The position numbers and the translations under genes are program-made. From an uncultured delta proteobacterium (lineage in GTDB: Bacteria; Myxococcota; Myxococcia; Myxococcales; Myxococcaceae), in the NCBI GenBank assembly GCA_963771175.1, contig CAVYSY010000039.1:288001-352000 (forward strand): a stretch of DNA of 64,000 bases, read 5' to 3'. Positions 1 through 9,567 of the stretch are shown here, one piece after another. The first letter of the stretch is position 1. Each line of letters begins with the position of its first letter. The notes under the pieces are model-generated. The model saw only the letters and a program-made list of their open reading frames with translations, was not told the DNA's origin and did not search any database.

Positions 1-939
1 GCCGCAGGTGAACAGATCCAAGTTCTCGAAGATGAACTGCAGCACGTTCACCGCGACGTCCGGCGGATAGTCTCCGTGATCGTCCGACTGAGCGCGAGGG
101 ACCTCTTTCGCGGTCCACAGCAAGCCCACCTCCATCTTGGGGAGCCAGGCGATCCTCCAGAAGTCGTACTTGCTCGAGGTCTTCTCGAGGTTGCCCAGGA
201 CATCGTTGAGCGGGACGATCCTCTGGACGGTCTCGAAGAAAGGCTGCTCGATGAGGGAGAACTGCATCTTCGTGATGATCCCGATCGCGCCGAGCGAGCA
301 GACCACCGAGGAGAACTCGGGATCGCCCCGCGACACGACCTTCTCCACGACGTTTCCAGTGCCCGCCTCGTAGGTGAGGTACTTGACCCAATCGAGCGTT
401 TCGAAGATGGCGTACTTGGACGAGGCCGGGGCCGTATTGGTCGTGAGAAGCCCCGCCAGCGTCTGCTCATCCGTGCCGCCCGTCGCCGTGATCGACTTGT
501 TCCCGTTGCCCAACTCCTCCAGGAAGTCATGCAGCGTCCAGTTGGAGGACACCGTGACCGTCTTGCCGCCATTGCTGAAGTCGAGCTTTGGCTTGGGCAA
601 GGAGCGCATGTCCAGGATGGTATCGGACACGAGGATCTTCGCGCACGAGTGCAGGCCGCCCGGAACCCGGATGCGTTTCCCCTTGAAGACACCATGCGCG
701 ATGCTGTCCAGGTGCCCCTTGAGACTCGGCAGGTTCAGAGGCTGGAGATGCAGGCCCGGCTCGAATGAGACGATGCCAGCCCAGTCCTTGATGACAGCGG
801 CGCGGGCTGCTCTCCGGAGCACTCCGGCGAACGGGCGGGCCAGACTCGAAGCCAGGCTCCTCGAGAGCAACGGAGATTCGACCCTTCCAATCCTGGGAGA
901 TTCGACCCTTCTTCTAATCCTGCCCGATCGGCTGCGCAT
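1..939 (-). CDS. FAD-binding oxidoreductase (arabinono/gulono-lactone oxidase-like, PCMH FAD domain), runs off the left edge
   Basis: Manual minus-strand translation (absent from the ORF track because no stop lies in the window): IKDWAGIVSFEP...RIRVPGGLHSCAKILVSD...GGTDEQTLAGLLTTNT...CSLGAIGIITKMQF, matching FAD-linked oxidase motifs. ATG 939 follows AGGGGG; a GGAGG-preceded ATG at 976 is one base out of frame. Confidence 0.8.
   Translation of the reverse strand, partial: MRSRSGRIRRRVESPRIGRVESPLLSRSLASSLARPFAGVLRRAARAAVIKDWAGIVSFEPGLHLQPLNLPSLKGHLDSIAHGVFKGKRIRVPGGLHSCAKILVSDTILDMRSLPKPKLDFSNGGKTVTVSSNWTLHDFLEELGNGNKSITATGGTDEQTLAGLLTTNTAPASSKYAIFETLDWVKYLTYEAGTGNVVEKVVSRGDPEFSSVVCSLGAIGIITKMQFSLIEQPFFETVQRIVPLNDVLGNLEKTSSKYDFWRIAWLPKMEVGLLWTAKEVPRAQSDDHGDYPPDVAVNVLQFIFENLDLFTCG
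872..922. repeat. Imperfect tandem duplication (24 + 27 bp) in the oxidase 5' region
   Basis: GGAGATTCGACCCTTC-CAATCCTG followed by GGAGATTCGACCCTTC-TTCTAATCCTG; encodes RVESP twice on the minus strand. Confidence 0.85.
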
Positions 940-1205
940 GCTCAGCCCCCTTTTCGCCAGTTCACGTCCTATCCATTGAAAGCCCGTCCTCCAAGGTAGG
1001 AGCGATTCCCCTGGCAGCACCCTGGCCCGCGGGGTGGGGCTGCCAAAGGGTGGATGCGAACGTCACCTGGTGTGATCGCGCACGCTGGTTGCCTCCCTGC
1101 CTGGCGAGCCAATTCCCAAGGTCCCTCTCCCTGGCCTCTCCCCCGAGAGACGGTAGGGGTTCCATCCCTTCCGGGGAGCACCATCGTACCTGGGAGGGAA
1201 TGGGT

Positions 1206-4200
1206 ATGAGTCAGCGCGATGATGGCAGTGGGGGGAGCGGGTCTGACAGCGGAGACTCCTTTCTGAATGAATTGCTCGGGATCTTCCCCCTCCCGCCCAC
1301 TCCCCAACCAGGAGATCGACTCGGGGGGAAGGACAGCCGGCGCTTCGAGATCCTCGGGAATCTCGGCAGGGGGGGCATGGGAGTGGTCGTCCGCGCCCGG
1401 GATGAGGTGCTCCAGCGCGTCGTGGCGCTCAAGTTCATCGCGCCCGGTCGGGAGCTCACCCAGGAGTCACTGGACAGGTTGCTCCAGGACGAGGCCCGGC
1501 TGATCGCCCAGCTCGATCACGAGAACATCGTCCGCATCTTCGACGTCGCCGAGTGGAGGGGCTTTCCCTTCCTCATCATGGAGTGCCTGGAGGGACAGTC
1601 GCTCGCGGACGTGTTGCGACACGGGCCGCTCGAGTTGCCACGCGCCCTGCACATCCTCGGCGACATCATGGCCGGACTGGCGCATGCCCACTCGCGCCAG
1701 ATCATCCACCGGGATCTCAAGCCCAGCAACGTGTTCGTCCTGCCGGACGGACGGGTGAAGCTGCTCGACTTCGGCCTCGCCCTGTTCGTCTCATCGCTCG
1801 GCTCGGCCCCGTCTCGCACGGGGACGCCTGCCTTCATGGCTCCGGAACAATGGCGGGGACAGCCCCAGGACATGCGCACCGACACCTGGGCCGCCGGGCT
1901 GTTGCTGTATCAGATGCTCACCGGAGCGCTCCCCTATCCCACCGGGGAGCCCCAGGCGCTGCGCGAGCAGGTGGTCTCGAACGAGCCCGTCCCCTCGGTA
2001 CGGGTGCGCCGTCCGGATCTGCCCATACCGATGGAACGGTTCCTCGCGCGGGCGCTGGCCAAGGAGCCCGCCCGGCGGTTCCAGAGCGCGCTCGAGATGC
2101 GCGAGCGGCTGCGAGTGCTGGAGTGGAGCCTCGTCCCTTCCGCCGAGCTCCCGCCCCCGCGCTTCGTCTCCCACCGCCGGCAGGTGACGTTGGTGTGCTG
2201 CCGTCTCTCGGGGCGCCTGGCCGCCTTCGAGCCCGAGGACCTGAGCGATCTGCAGGCGACGTTCCATCAGGCCAGCGCTCGCATCCTCGAGCGCCATGGG
2301 GCATGGGTGGCGCTGCGGATGGGAGATGAGGTGCTGGGCTGCTTTGGCTATCCGCTGGCCCGGGAGGATGACGTCCTGTGCGCGGTGCGGGCCGCGCTCG
2401 CGCTGACGCGGCTGGCGGAGGAGCTGCCCCAGGCCTCGGAGACCGAGCTCACGGCGCAGGTGGGCGTGCATACGGACATGGTGGTGCTGGACGTGTTCAA
2501 CAATCCGTCCGGGGCGACGGGGCACTCGCCCTCCATCCAGGGCGAGGCACCCCGCATGGCGCTCTGGCTGGCCGAACAGGCGGCTCCACACACGGCGCTG
2601 CTCAGCGAGAACACATGGCAGGGAGGGCGAGGCAACTTCGTGACGGAGCCGCTGGGGCCGCGGGTGTTCTCCTCCTCGCGGGGGACGGTGCGGATGGACG
2701 TCCACCGGCTGGTGGCCGAGCGGCCGGAGAGCACCCGCTTCGGGCGGGCGCGGACCCGGGGCCTCACGCCGCTGGTCGGCCGACGCGCCGAGCTCCACCA
2801 GTTGCTCGCGATCTGGGATCGGACCCGCCAGGGACAGGGGGCGGTGGTGCTGCTCAGTGGTGAGGCGGGAATTGGCAAGTCCCGGCTCATCCAGGAGGTG
2901 AGTGATCAGGTCAAGGGCGAAGGGGCGTTCTGCGTGTCCAGCCAGTGCTGGCCCCAGCTCAGCCACAGCGCCTTCCATCCCGTGCTCGAGTGGGTGGTGC
3001 AACTGCTCGGGCTGGATCCGGAGGACTCGCCCTCACAGTACTGGGCGTGCCTGGAAGAGGTGCTCAAGTCACTCGAGCTGCCCCACCCCGAGGGGATGCT
3101 GTTGCTCGGGCAGTTCCTGGACCTCCCCCTTCGCGAGGACCTGCCCCCCCTGCTGCTGTCTCCCGAGCTGCAACGGGAGCGGATCCTGGAGACGCTGGCT
3201 ACCATCCTGCTGCGGCTCCCCGCGAGGACTCCCGAGAAGGGCGGGCCGGGCGCGCGGCTCCTCGTCCTGGAGGATCTGCACTGGGCCGATCCCTCCACCC
3301 TGCAACTCCTCTCCCTGCTGTGCGATCGCATCGAGAAGGTGCGGTTGTGCGTGCTGCTGAGCACGCGTCCCGAGCTGTGGCTCTCCTGGAGGAACCACCC
3401 CAACGTCCATCCACTCATGCTCGAGCGGCTCATGACGGACGAGACCACCGAGATGGTGCGGCGACTCACCCGGAATCGGACCGACCTGTCCGCGCGAACG
3501 GTCGAGTTCCTGGTGAAGCGGACGGAAGGCATTCCCCTCTATGTCGAGGAGCTGACGCGCATGGTGCTCGCGCGGCCTGCCCCCGAGAATGGGGGGCCCA
3601 CGGAGGGCCCGCTCCCCGTCACCTTGCAGGAGCTGCTCCTGGCCCGGTTGGATCCGCTTCCCCAGGAGCAGAAGGAGTTGGCGTGGATGGGGGCGGTGAT
3701 CGGCCGCGGCTTCACGCGGGAGCAGCTGGCCGCCCTCGCGGAGCGAGAGGAGAACGCGCTCGAGCGGGATCTCGAGGAGCTGGTCGAGGCGGGGCTGCTC
3801 CTGCGCAGGTCAGAGGACCCGGCGCCCCGCTACGAGTTCAAGCATGCCCTCATCCGTGAGGCGGCCTACGAGTCCCTGCTGAAGTCTCGTCGGCGGCAGT
3901 ACCACCATCGGTACGCCTCGCTGCTGGAGAATCCGAGCGGGGGATGCGCCGCGGCCCCGCCCGAGCTGATCGCCCACCACTACACCCAGGCCGGGGAGTT
4001 GGAACCCGCCATCCGGTTCTGGACCCAGGCTGGGGAACTGGCCCTGCGGCGCTCTGCCTTCGAGGAGTCCTTGAGTCATCTGGAGCTGGCGTTCCGGTTG
4101 TTCCAGCGCCTGCCCGGAGCGACCCGGAGGGTGGAGGAGGAGCTGCGGCTTCTGGTGATTCTCGGCCAGGCACGGATCACCGTCCGGAGCTACGCGGCGC

Positions 4201-5363
4201 CCGAGGTGGAGCAGGTCTATGCCCGCATCACCGAGCTGTTCCAGGAGGTGAAGGACAGGCCCCTGCTCGTCGCCGTCTGCAGAAGCCTCTTCAACCAGAA
4301 CCTGCTGCGGTTGAACATCCCATTGGCGCGCGAGCTCGCGAAGCAGATCGTCTCGCTGGGCCAGCGCATCCACGAGCCCCAGGTCCTGAGCATCGGCTGG
4401 TTGATGGGGGCGATGAACCAGTTGATCCAGGGCAATCCCATCGAGGCCCAGAGGCAGTTCAGCGAGGCCCTGGCGCAGAGCGATTCGGACCTGACGCGGG
4501 AACCCCAGGCGCTCGGCATGCTCGAGCCGGATCCGCTGGCGATGGCCCTGGCCTATCAAGCCCTGACCCTGACGATCCGCGGCGAGCAGCAACAAGGACA
4601 GCAGCTCCTGGACGCCGCGCTCCAGCGCACCCAATGGCTCGCCCATCTCTACTCCTACATCCTGACGAGCCATGCGGCCTGCATCCTCTACCAGATGCGG
4701 TTCGATGGTCAGCGGCTGCTGGAGACGACCGAGCTGGTCATCGCCATCTACGAGCAGAACCAGTTCCCGAGCCGGGAGTCCTGGATGCCAGTCCTCCGCG
4801 GCTGGGCGCTCGTGTGGACGGGCAAGCGGGACGAGGGCTACGCCCTGTTGCTCCAGGGGCTCGAGCAGTTGAGGCAGGTGGGCTCGGAGACGGGTTGGCC
4901 CTACCTGCTCAGTCTGCTCGCGGATGCGAGGCTGAGGCTCGGGTTGATTGACGAGGGGCTCGCCGCGGTGTCGGAAGGGCTGGCCTGGGGAGAGCGGACG
5001 GAGCAGCACATGGAGGATGCCGAGCTTCACCGGCTGCGCGGCGAGTTGTTGCTGCGCACGGATGACGCCGCCCAGGCGCCCGCTGAGTTCCACGCGGCGA
5101 TTCAGGCGGCCCGGCGGTCCGGGGCACGCTGCCTCGAGCTCCGGGCCTTCCTGAGCCTGTGCCACCTGCTGCAAGCGCAGGGGCGTGTTCGGGAAGCGCG
5201 GCGGTTGCTGGCGGAGCATCTCCAGTCCCTCCCCCCCGGCCTCGATTCTCCCGAGCTACGGGTGGCCCGGGTGGTGCTCAGCAGGCTCCAGGAGGCTCAC
5301 GGCGAGCAGCCTGAGAGTGCTGAGTCCACGTTCGACGCGCCCTGGACCGTCCATCACCTCTGA
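1206..5363 (+). CDS. Ser/Thr protein kinase fused to a class III cyclase-like domain, STAND/AAA ATPase and TPR-like C-terminus
   Basis: GRGGMGVV, VALK, HRDLKPSN and DFG kinase motifs; RRQVTLVCCRL/GDEVLGCFG/VGVHT cyclase fold; Walker A GEAGIGKS and Walker [11 protein letters not shown]; helical repeats. GGAGGG precedes ATG 1200/1206. Confidence 0.9.
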   Translation: MSQRDDGSGGSGSDSGDSFLNELLGIFPLPPTPQPGDRLGGKDSRRFEILGNLGRGGMGVVVRARDEVLQRVVALKFIAPGRELTQESLDRLLQDEARLIAQLDHENIVRIFDVAEWRGFPFLIMECLEGQSLADVLRHGPLELPRALHILGDIMAGLAHAHSRQIIHRDLKPSNVFVLPDGRVKLLDFGLALFVSSLGSAPSRTGTPAFMAPEQWRGQPQDMRTDTWAAGLLLYQMLTGALPYPTGEPQALREQVVSNEPVPSVRVRRPDLPIPMERFLARALAKEPARRFQSALEMRERLRVLEWSLVPSAELPPPRFVSHRRQVTLVCCRLSGRLAAFEPEDLSDLQATFHQASARILERHGAWVALRMGDEVLGCFGYPLAREDDVLCAVRAALALTRLAEELPQASETELTAQVGVHTDMVVLDVFNNPSGATGHSPSIQGEAPRMALWLAEQAAPHTALLSENTWQGGRGNFVTEPLGPRVFSSSRGTVRMDVHRLVAERPESTRFGRARTRGLTPLVGRRAELHQLLAIWDRTRQGQGAVVLLSGEAGIGKSRLIQEVSDQVKGEGAFCVSSQCWPQLSHSAFHPVLEWVVQLLGLDPEDSPSQYWACLEEVLKSLELPHPEGMLLLGQFLDLPLREDLPPLLLSPELQRERILETLATILLRLPARTPEKGGPGARLLVLEDLHWADPSTLQLLSLLCDRIEKVRLCVLLSTRPELWLSWRNHPNVHPLMLERLMTDETTEMVRRLTRNRTDLSARTVEFLVKRTEGIPLYVEELTRMVLARPAPENGGPTEGPLPVTLQELLLARLDPLPQEQKELAWMGAVIGRGFTREQLAALAEREENALERDLEELVEAGLLLRRSEDPAPRYEFKHALIREAAYESLLKSRRRQYHHRYASLLENPSGGCAAAPPELIAHHYTQAGELEPAIRFWTQAGELALRRSAFEESLSHLELAFRLFQRLPGATRRVEEELRLLVILGQARITVRSYAAPEVEQVYARITELFQEVKDRPLLVAVCRSLFNQNLLRLNIPLARELAKQIVSLGQRIHEPQVLSIGWLMGAMNQLIQGNPIEAQRQFSEALAQSDSDLTREPQALGMLEPDPLAMALAYQALTLTIRGEQQQGQQLLDAALQRTQWLAHLYSYILTSHAACILYQMRFDGQRLLETTELVIAIYEQNQFPSRESWMPVLRGWALVWTGKRDEGYALLLQGLEQLRQVGSETGWPYLLSLLADARLRLGLIDEGLAAVSEGLAWGERTEQHMEDAELHRLRGELLLRTDDAAQAPAEFHAAIQAARRSGARCLELRAFLSLCHLLQAQGRVREARRLLAEHLQSLPPGLDSPELRVARVVLSRLQEAHGEQPESAESTFDAPWTVHHL

Positions 5364-5374
5364 GCGTGGTTCGA

Positions 5375-6097
5375 CTACTGCGCGCAGTAGGTGTCGCGGT
5401 TGACGATGGACGTCACCTGGACGACCGAGCCGGGGTGGATGACGAACTCACTGGCACCCACGTGCTTCGTGTCCTGGCTGCACCAGTCGTAGGTGTAGCC
5501 GAGCCCCGTCCACGGGTAGCGTGTCTTCTGCCAGAAGCCATAGCTGGAGGCGTAGTTGTTGGTGATCCAGCTCTTGTGCTCGGAGGACACGCCGGCGGGG
5601 AACTGCAGGCCGCACGTGGTGTCATCGATCTCCGGGTCCGGGCAGGGCCGGAACATGTCGCCGGGCTTCACCCACATCTCGACGAACTGCCGCCCGTTGT
5701 CGGACTCGGTGGCCGGCGGCAGCCCGAGGAACTGGTTGATGCGCGCGATGCGGGCGGCGTCCTCCGGCAGCGTCCTGCACAGCTCCTGGAGCTGCGGCAC
5801 GGCGGTGACCCAGATCTCTCGGGACAGGGTATTGTCGCCCTGCGAGTAGCCCGTGTACGTGGTCCAGGCCACCATGCGCACCGCCGTCTTCTCCGCGTTC
5901 CACTGGAGGCGCGGGTTGGATGGGGTGATGGCCCAGAGGCCATCGAAGACGTCCTGCGTGGTGGGCTCCACGGCATCGATCACAGCGGCGTCGTAGCTCT
6001 CCTGCGTACAGGCGGGCGTCGGCTCCAACTCCTCTTCCTCGGGTCCCCCGCACGCCACCAACGACGCCAGTGCCCCCATGGCCGAAAGCCACCGCAT
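5375..6097 (-). CDS. Lipoprotein of unknown function
   Basis: MRWLSAMGALASLVAC lipobox; globular domain with WVT, GLPP, FRPCPDPEI and YPWTGLGYTYDW motifs. Confidence 0.8.
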   Translation of the reverse strand: MRWLSAMGALASLVACGGPEEEELEPTPACTQESYDAAVIDAVEPTTQDVFDGLWAITPSNPRLQWNAEKTAVRMVAWTTYTGYSQGDNTLSREIWVTAVPQLQELCRTLPEDAARIARINQFLGLPPATESDNGRQFVEMWVKPGDMFRPCPDPEIDDTTCGLQFPAGVSSEHKSWITNNYASSYGFWQKTRYPWTGLGYTYDWCSQDTKHVGASEFVIHPGSVVQVTSIVNRDTYCAQ

Positions 6098-6268
6098 CCG
6101 CCGCAGTCCTTCTTGAATCATGAGTCGCTCATCCTTTGTGGGTGTTGAGACCCGCGTCCCCTATGCACGCGCGATACCGCGTGGGGACGCGAGCCCGCGA
6201 CGCGCACTCTCTCACAGGGGGCTGACATTGACGGGCGCAATTCCCCACAAAAGCGCTACCTTCCCCCC

Positions 6269-6964
6269 ATGTCTCGCGCATCCCGCCTGCTCGATCTCAT
6301 CCAGCTGCTGCGCCGACACCGCGCGCCGATCACCGGCCCGGCGCTGGCCGAGCAGCTCGGCGTTTCCATCCGCACGCTCTATCGCGACATCGCGACGCTC
6401 CAGGCGCAGGGCGCCGATATCCAGGGTGAACCCGGCCTCGGATATGTGCTGCGCCCCGGCTTCACCCTGCCGCCACTGATGTTCTCGGCCGACGAAATCG
6501 AGGCCTTGGTGCTCGGTTCGCGCTGGGTCGCGGTGCGGGGCGATGCGCGGCTCGGGGCGGCGGCGGGCAACGCCGTGGCGAAGATCCGCGCCGTGCTGCC
6601 CGACGACCTCCGCGAGAACGTCGATGCCGCCACCCTCACCGTGCCGATGTTCCGCGGCGAGCCGATCGCCATCGATGGCTCGGTGATCCGCGCCGCGATC
6701 CGCAAGGAGCAGAAGCTCATCATCACCTATCGCGACAATGACGGGGCCGACACGACCCGCACCATCTGGCCACTGCTGATCGGCTTCTTCGAAAAGGTGC
6801 TGTTGCTCGCCGCCTGGTGCGAGCTCAGGCAGGATTACCGCGCCTTCCGCGTCGACCGCATCCAGTCGGTCGAGCCGAAGGACGATCGCTATCCGCGCCG
6901 CCGTGCCGCACTGGTCAAGGAATGGCGGGCCACGCAGAACATTCCGGCCACTGCCGGAAACTGA
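6269..6964 (+). CDS. YafY-family HTH-WYL transcriptional regulator
   Basis: MSRASRLLDLIQLL, LAEQLGVSIRTLYRDI HTH, LPPLMFSADE, TRTIWP, AWCELRQDYRAFRVDRI WYL signature. Confidence 0.93.
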   Translation: MSRASRLLDLIQLLRRHRAPITGPALAEQLGVSIRTLYRDIATLQAQGADIQGEPGLGYVLRPGFTLPPLMFSADEIEALVLGSRWVAVRGDARLGAAAGNAVAKIRAVLPDDLRENVDAATLTVPMFRGEPIAIDGSVIRAAIRKEQKLIITYRDNDGADTTRTIWPLLIGFFEKVLLLAAWCELRQDYRAFRVDRIQSVEPKDDRYPRRRAALVKEWRATQNIPATAGN

Positions 6965-6968
6965 CAGT
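6950..6968 (+). promoter_or_regulatory. Candidate WYL-regulator operator upstream of the VOC gene
   Basis: Imperfect palindrome ACTGCC-N7-GACAGT overlapping the regulator stop codon, about 42 bp before the VOC ATG. Confidence 0.5.
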
Positions 6969-7010
6969 CGCAAGGCGCAAACCATCCCCATCAACCCGAT
7001 GGAGATGCCA

Positions 7011-7385
7011 ATGCGTACCCTCAACTACCTGCTGCTTGCCGTCCGCGATCCGCTCAAGAGCGCCGAGCTCTATTCGAAGCTCCTCGGCCGCGAGCCGGTC
7101 GCAAAGGCCAAGACCTTCGTTCTCTATGTGCTGCCGACCGGCCTGAAAATCGGTCTCTGGCTTGCCGACGAGGTGGAGCCGACACCGAAGCCCGCTGGCG
7201 GCATCGAGATCTCGTTCAGCGAAGAGAGCAAGGATGCCGTCCGCGCGACCTATGCCGAGTGGAGCAAGCTCGGCCTCAAGGTGGTGCAGGAGCCCACCGA
7301 TATGGATTTCGGCTTCACCTTCGTGGTCGAGGACCCGGACGGGCATCGCCTCCGCCCCTTCGTCCTCGCCAACAATCCGCGTTAG
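7011..7385 (+). CDS. VOC/glyoxalase-bleomycin resistance family protein
   Basis: LLLAVRDPLKSAELYSKLLG...QEPTDMDFGFTFVVEDPDGHRLR; GGAG RBS before ATG 7011. Confidence 0.9.
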   Translation: MRTLNYLLLAVRDPLKSAELYSKLLGREPVAKAKTFVLYVLPTGLKIGLWLADEVEPTPKPAGGIEISFSEESKDAVRATYAEWSKLGLKVVQEPTDMDFGFTFVVEDPDGHRLRPFVLANNPR

Positions 7386-7418
7386 ATACAGCCATCTTCA
7401 GAGTCGTGATGTTGGATT

Positions 7419-7461
7419 GGACGCCCGACGCCCTGCGGACATACAGGGTGTCGGTGCGTCC
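7419..7461. terminator. Long hairpin between convergent VOC and fasciclin genes
   Basis: GGACGCCCGACGCCCTG-cggacata-CAGGGTGTCGGTGCGTCC inverted repeat. Confidence 0.55.
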
Positions 7462-7494
7462 GCCCTGAGCCACACTCCACCAGCTACGGCGGAA

Positions 7495-7908
7495 CTACCT
7501 GGGCATGATGACGCGGTCGATGATGTGGATGATGCCGTTGGACGCCTCGATGTCCGTCTTCGTCACCACCGCATCGTTCACCTTCACGCCCCCCTTCAGC
7601 CCCAGCGTGAACTCCTTCTGCGACGCCGTGCGCACCTTCGCCCCGTCCTGCATCTTCTGCACGTCCGTGGACTTGATCTTCCCCGGCACGCAGTGGAACA
7701 GCAGCACCTGCTTCAACTGCTCCTTGTCCTGCAACAGCGCGTCCAACTGCGCCTTCGGCACCTTCGCGAACGCCTCGTCCGTCGGCGCGAACACCGTGTA
7801 CGGCCCCGGCCCCTTCAGCGTATCCACCAGCCCCGCCTTCTCGATGGCACTCACCAGCGTCTTGAAGTTGCCAGCCTGCTGAGCCGTCTCGAACACGTTC
7901 TTCATCAT
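7495..7908 (-). CDS. Fasciclin (FAS1) domain protein, no signal peptide
   Basis: GNFKTLVSAIEKAGLVDTLKGPGPYTVFAPTDEAF and ASNGIIHIIDRVI motifs; AAGGAG before ATG. Confidence 0.93.
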   Translation of the reverse strand: MMKNVFETAQQAGNFKTLVSAIEKAGLVDTLKGPGPYTVFAPTDEAFAKVPKAQLDALLQDKEQLKQVLLFHCVPGKIKSTDVQKMQDGAKVRTASQKEFTLGLKGGVKVNDAVVTKTDIEASNGIIHIIDRVIMPR

Positions 7909-8151
7909 GCGCTCCTTGGTCGACCAGGCCCGTCGTGGACCTCGTTCGGCGGCAGTTCCACACCCTGTGGCACCGTCGGCCGTGCCCGACAGTGGAGACG
8001 CCTGCCCCCTCATGGAAGCCATCTCCTCCCACCGGGAGGGGCCCTTGTGCACTTCCAGGCTCTCGCTCCGTAAGCCCGCCAGCACCGTCTCCCACCAGGC
8101 GCTTCAAGCCCTGGGAATGTCGTGACACCCCTGCGCCGTTGCTCTGTTGTG

Positions 8152-8822
8152 ATGAGTACGTTCTCTCGGTTGCTCCACGTCCATGCAGCTGCGGCTTTCG
8201 ACAGGCAGCTCCGGCTCGCCGACCACGTCGGTGAGGCCGAGTGGGAATTGGACCTCGAGGCCGGCCGCCTCGTCTATGCGGCCCCCCACCGCCCCTCCTT
8301 CCGCGTCCACGTCCTCGGCCTCGAGGCGCCCGGAGAGGGCTGGCTATGGGCCTGGCATGCGTCCGCGCGCCGCTGGCCCGACAGTCTCCTCGAATCGGCC
8401 CACCGCATGCGCGCCCTCGGCGAGGAGACGCACGCCCTCCCCCTCACCACCCCCCGCCTCCCCGAGGGCGAAGTGGATGGGCTCGCGCTCGCCATGGTGG
8501 CCAGTGGCGCCTGCCGCGCTTCGGGCTTCTTCCGCTGCGACGTGCCCTCCGGCGTCCTCTACTGTCTCCTCGCCGAGCCCGCGCTCCCGCCCCTCGAGCA
8601 GCTCCCCGCCTGGCGCGCCCGCGACGTCTTCCCCCAGGTGCTCGAGTGCGTCTCCCTCCAACACCCCGCGCTCGCCTTCCTCTCCTACCTGCGCGCCCTC
8701 GGCCTTCGCACCGAGCAGCACGGTTCCCTCGTCCGCGGCACCGGCCCCGCGGGGACAGAATCTCCGCCACCTTCGACGCCCACGGCCACCTCGCGGACCT
8801 GCGCGCCGAGATGACGACCTGA
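8152..8822 (+). CDS. DUF6882-like hypothetical protein (apparent frameshift near 8750)
   Basis: AFDRQLRLADHVG, WELDLEAGRL, VLG...WLWAW motifs; C-terminus ISATFDAHGHLADL continues in another frame. Confidence 0.6.
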
Positions 8823-8878
8823 GTCCCTCAATGCACCGCGGAGACGCTCCCCCGCGGCTCCGGAGCTCGCCTCTGCTT

Positions 8879-9427
8879 CTACGGCCGCGCGTTGCCGGAG
8901 GCCGCACCCGCGGGCACCGGGAACTCCCTGCCCCACAGGCGCACCTGGGCCGCCTTGGCCGCGTCCCCCTCGAAGATGAGCGTGGCCTTCACCTTGGCCG
9001 AGGGCGGCACATTGATGGACGCGCCAAGCTGGCCCGGAGCGCCCGCCAGCAGCGGCGTGAAGAAGCCCTCCTTGTCCACGAGCTGCGCGCCGCCCCCGTC
9101 CTGCAGACCCAGCAGGTGGATGGGCTGGGCGACCTTGTTCGTCACCGCTAGCACCACCTCCACGCCCTTGGGCGAGGCCGGCTTCACCTCGATGACCTGC
9201 AGCTCCGTGCTGGCGAACACCTCGTCGGGCTTGGACAGCGTCTTGGAGCCGTCCGCGCTCTCCGCGCCCTTGCGGCCCTCCGCGATGCCGGCAACGACGC
9301 CACTGCCGGCCCCCTTCGTCACCTCCACGGCCTTGCCCACCACGGTGGCAGTCACATCCTTGGCCGTCTCGCCCTTGCAGGCGGACACGAGAATGACGAG
9401 CGGAACGAGCAGCATACGGCGGAGCAT
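8879..9427 (-). CDS. Lipoprotein of unknown function
   Basis: MLRRMLLVPLVILVSAC lipobox followed by a beta-rich domain. Confidence 0.75.
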   Translation of the reverse strand: MLRRMLLVPLVILVSACKGETAKDVTATVVGKAVEVTKGAGSGVVAGIAEGRKGAESADGSKTLSKPDEVFASTELQVIEVKPASPKGVEVVLAVTNKVAQPIHLLGLQDGGGAQLVDKEGFFTPLLAGAPGQLGASINVPPSAKVKATLIFEGDAAKAAQVRLWGREFPVPAGAASGNARP

Positions 9428-9567
9428 GGGACCCCCTGTCCAGGAGAAATTGACGGGTCCGAATCTACTACACCCCGCGCGATGCGAAAGCCGTGGACGC
9501 TCCCAAGGCGGGTTCCGCACGCGAGCCCTTAACAGGGCCCCCATCCGGTCCTATACGTCGTCGCACC

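Noticed and set aside
872..922. Short direct repeats here and at 23789 and 56666 as CRISPR arrays
   Set aside because: Only 2-4 adjacent units, no spacers and no cas genes.
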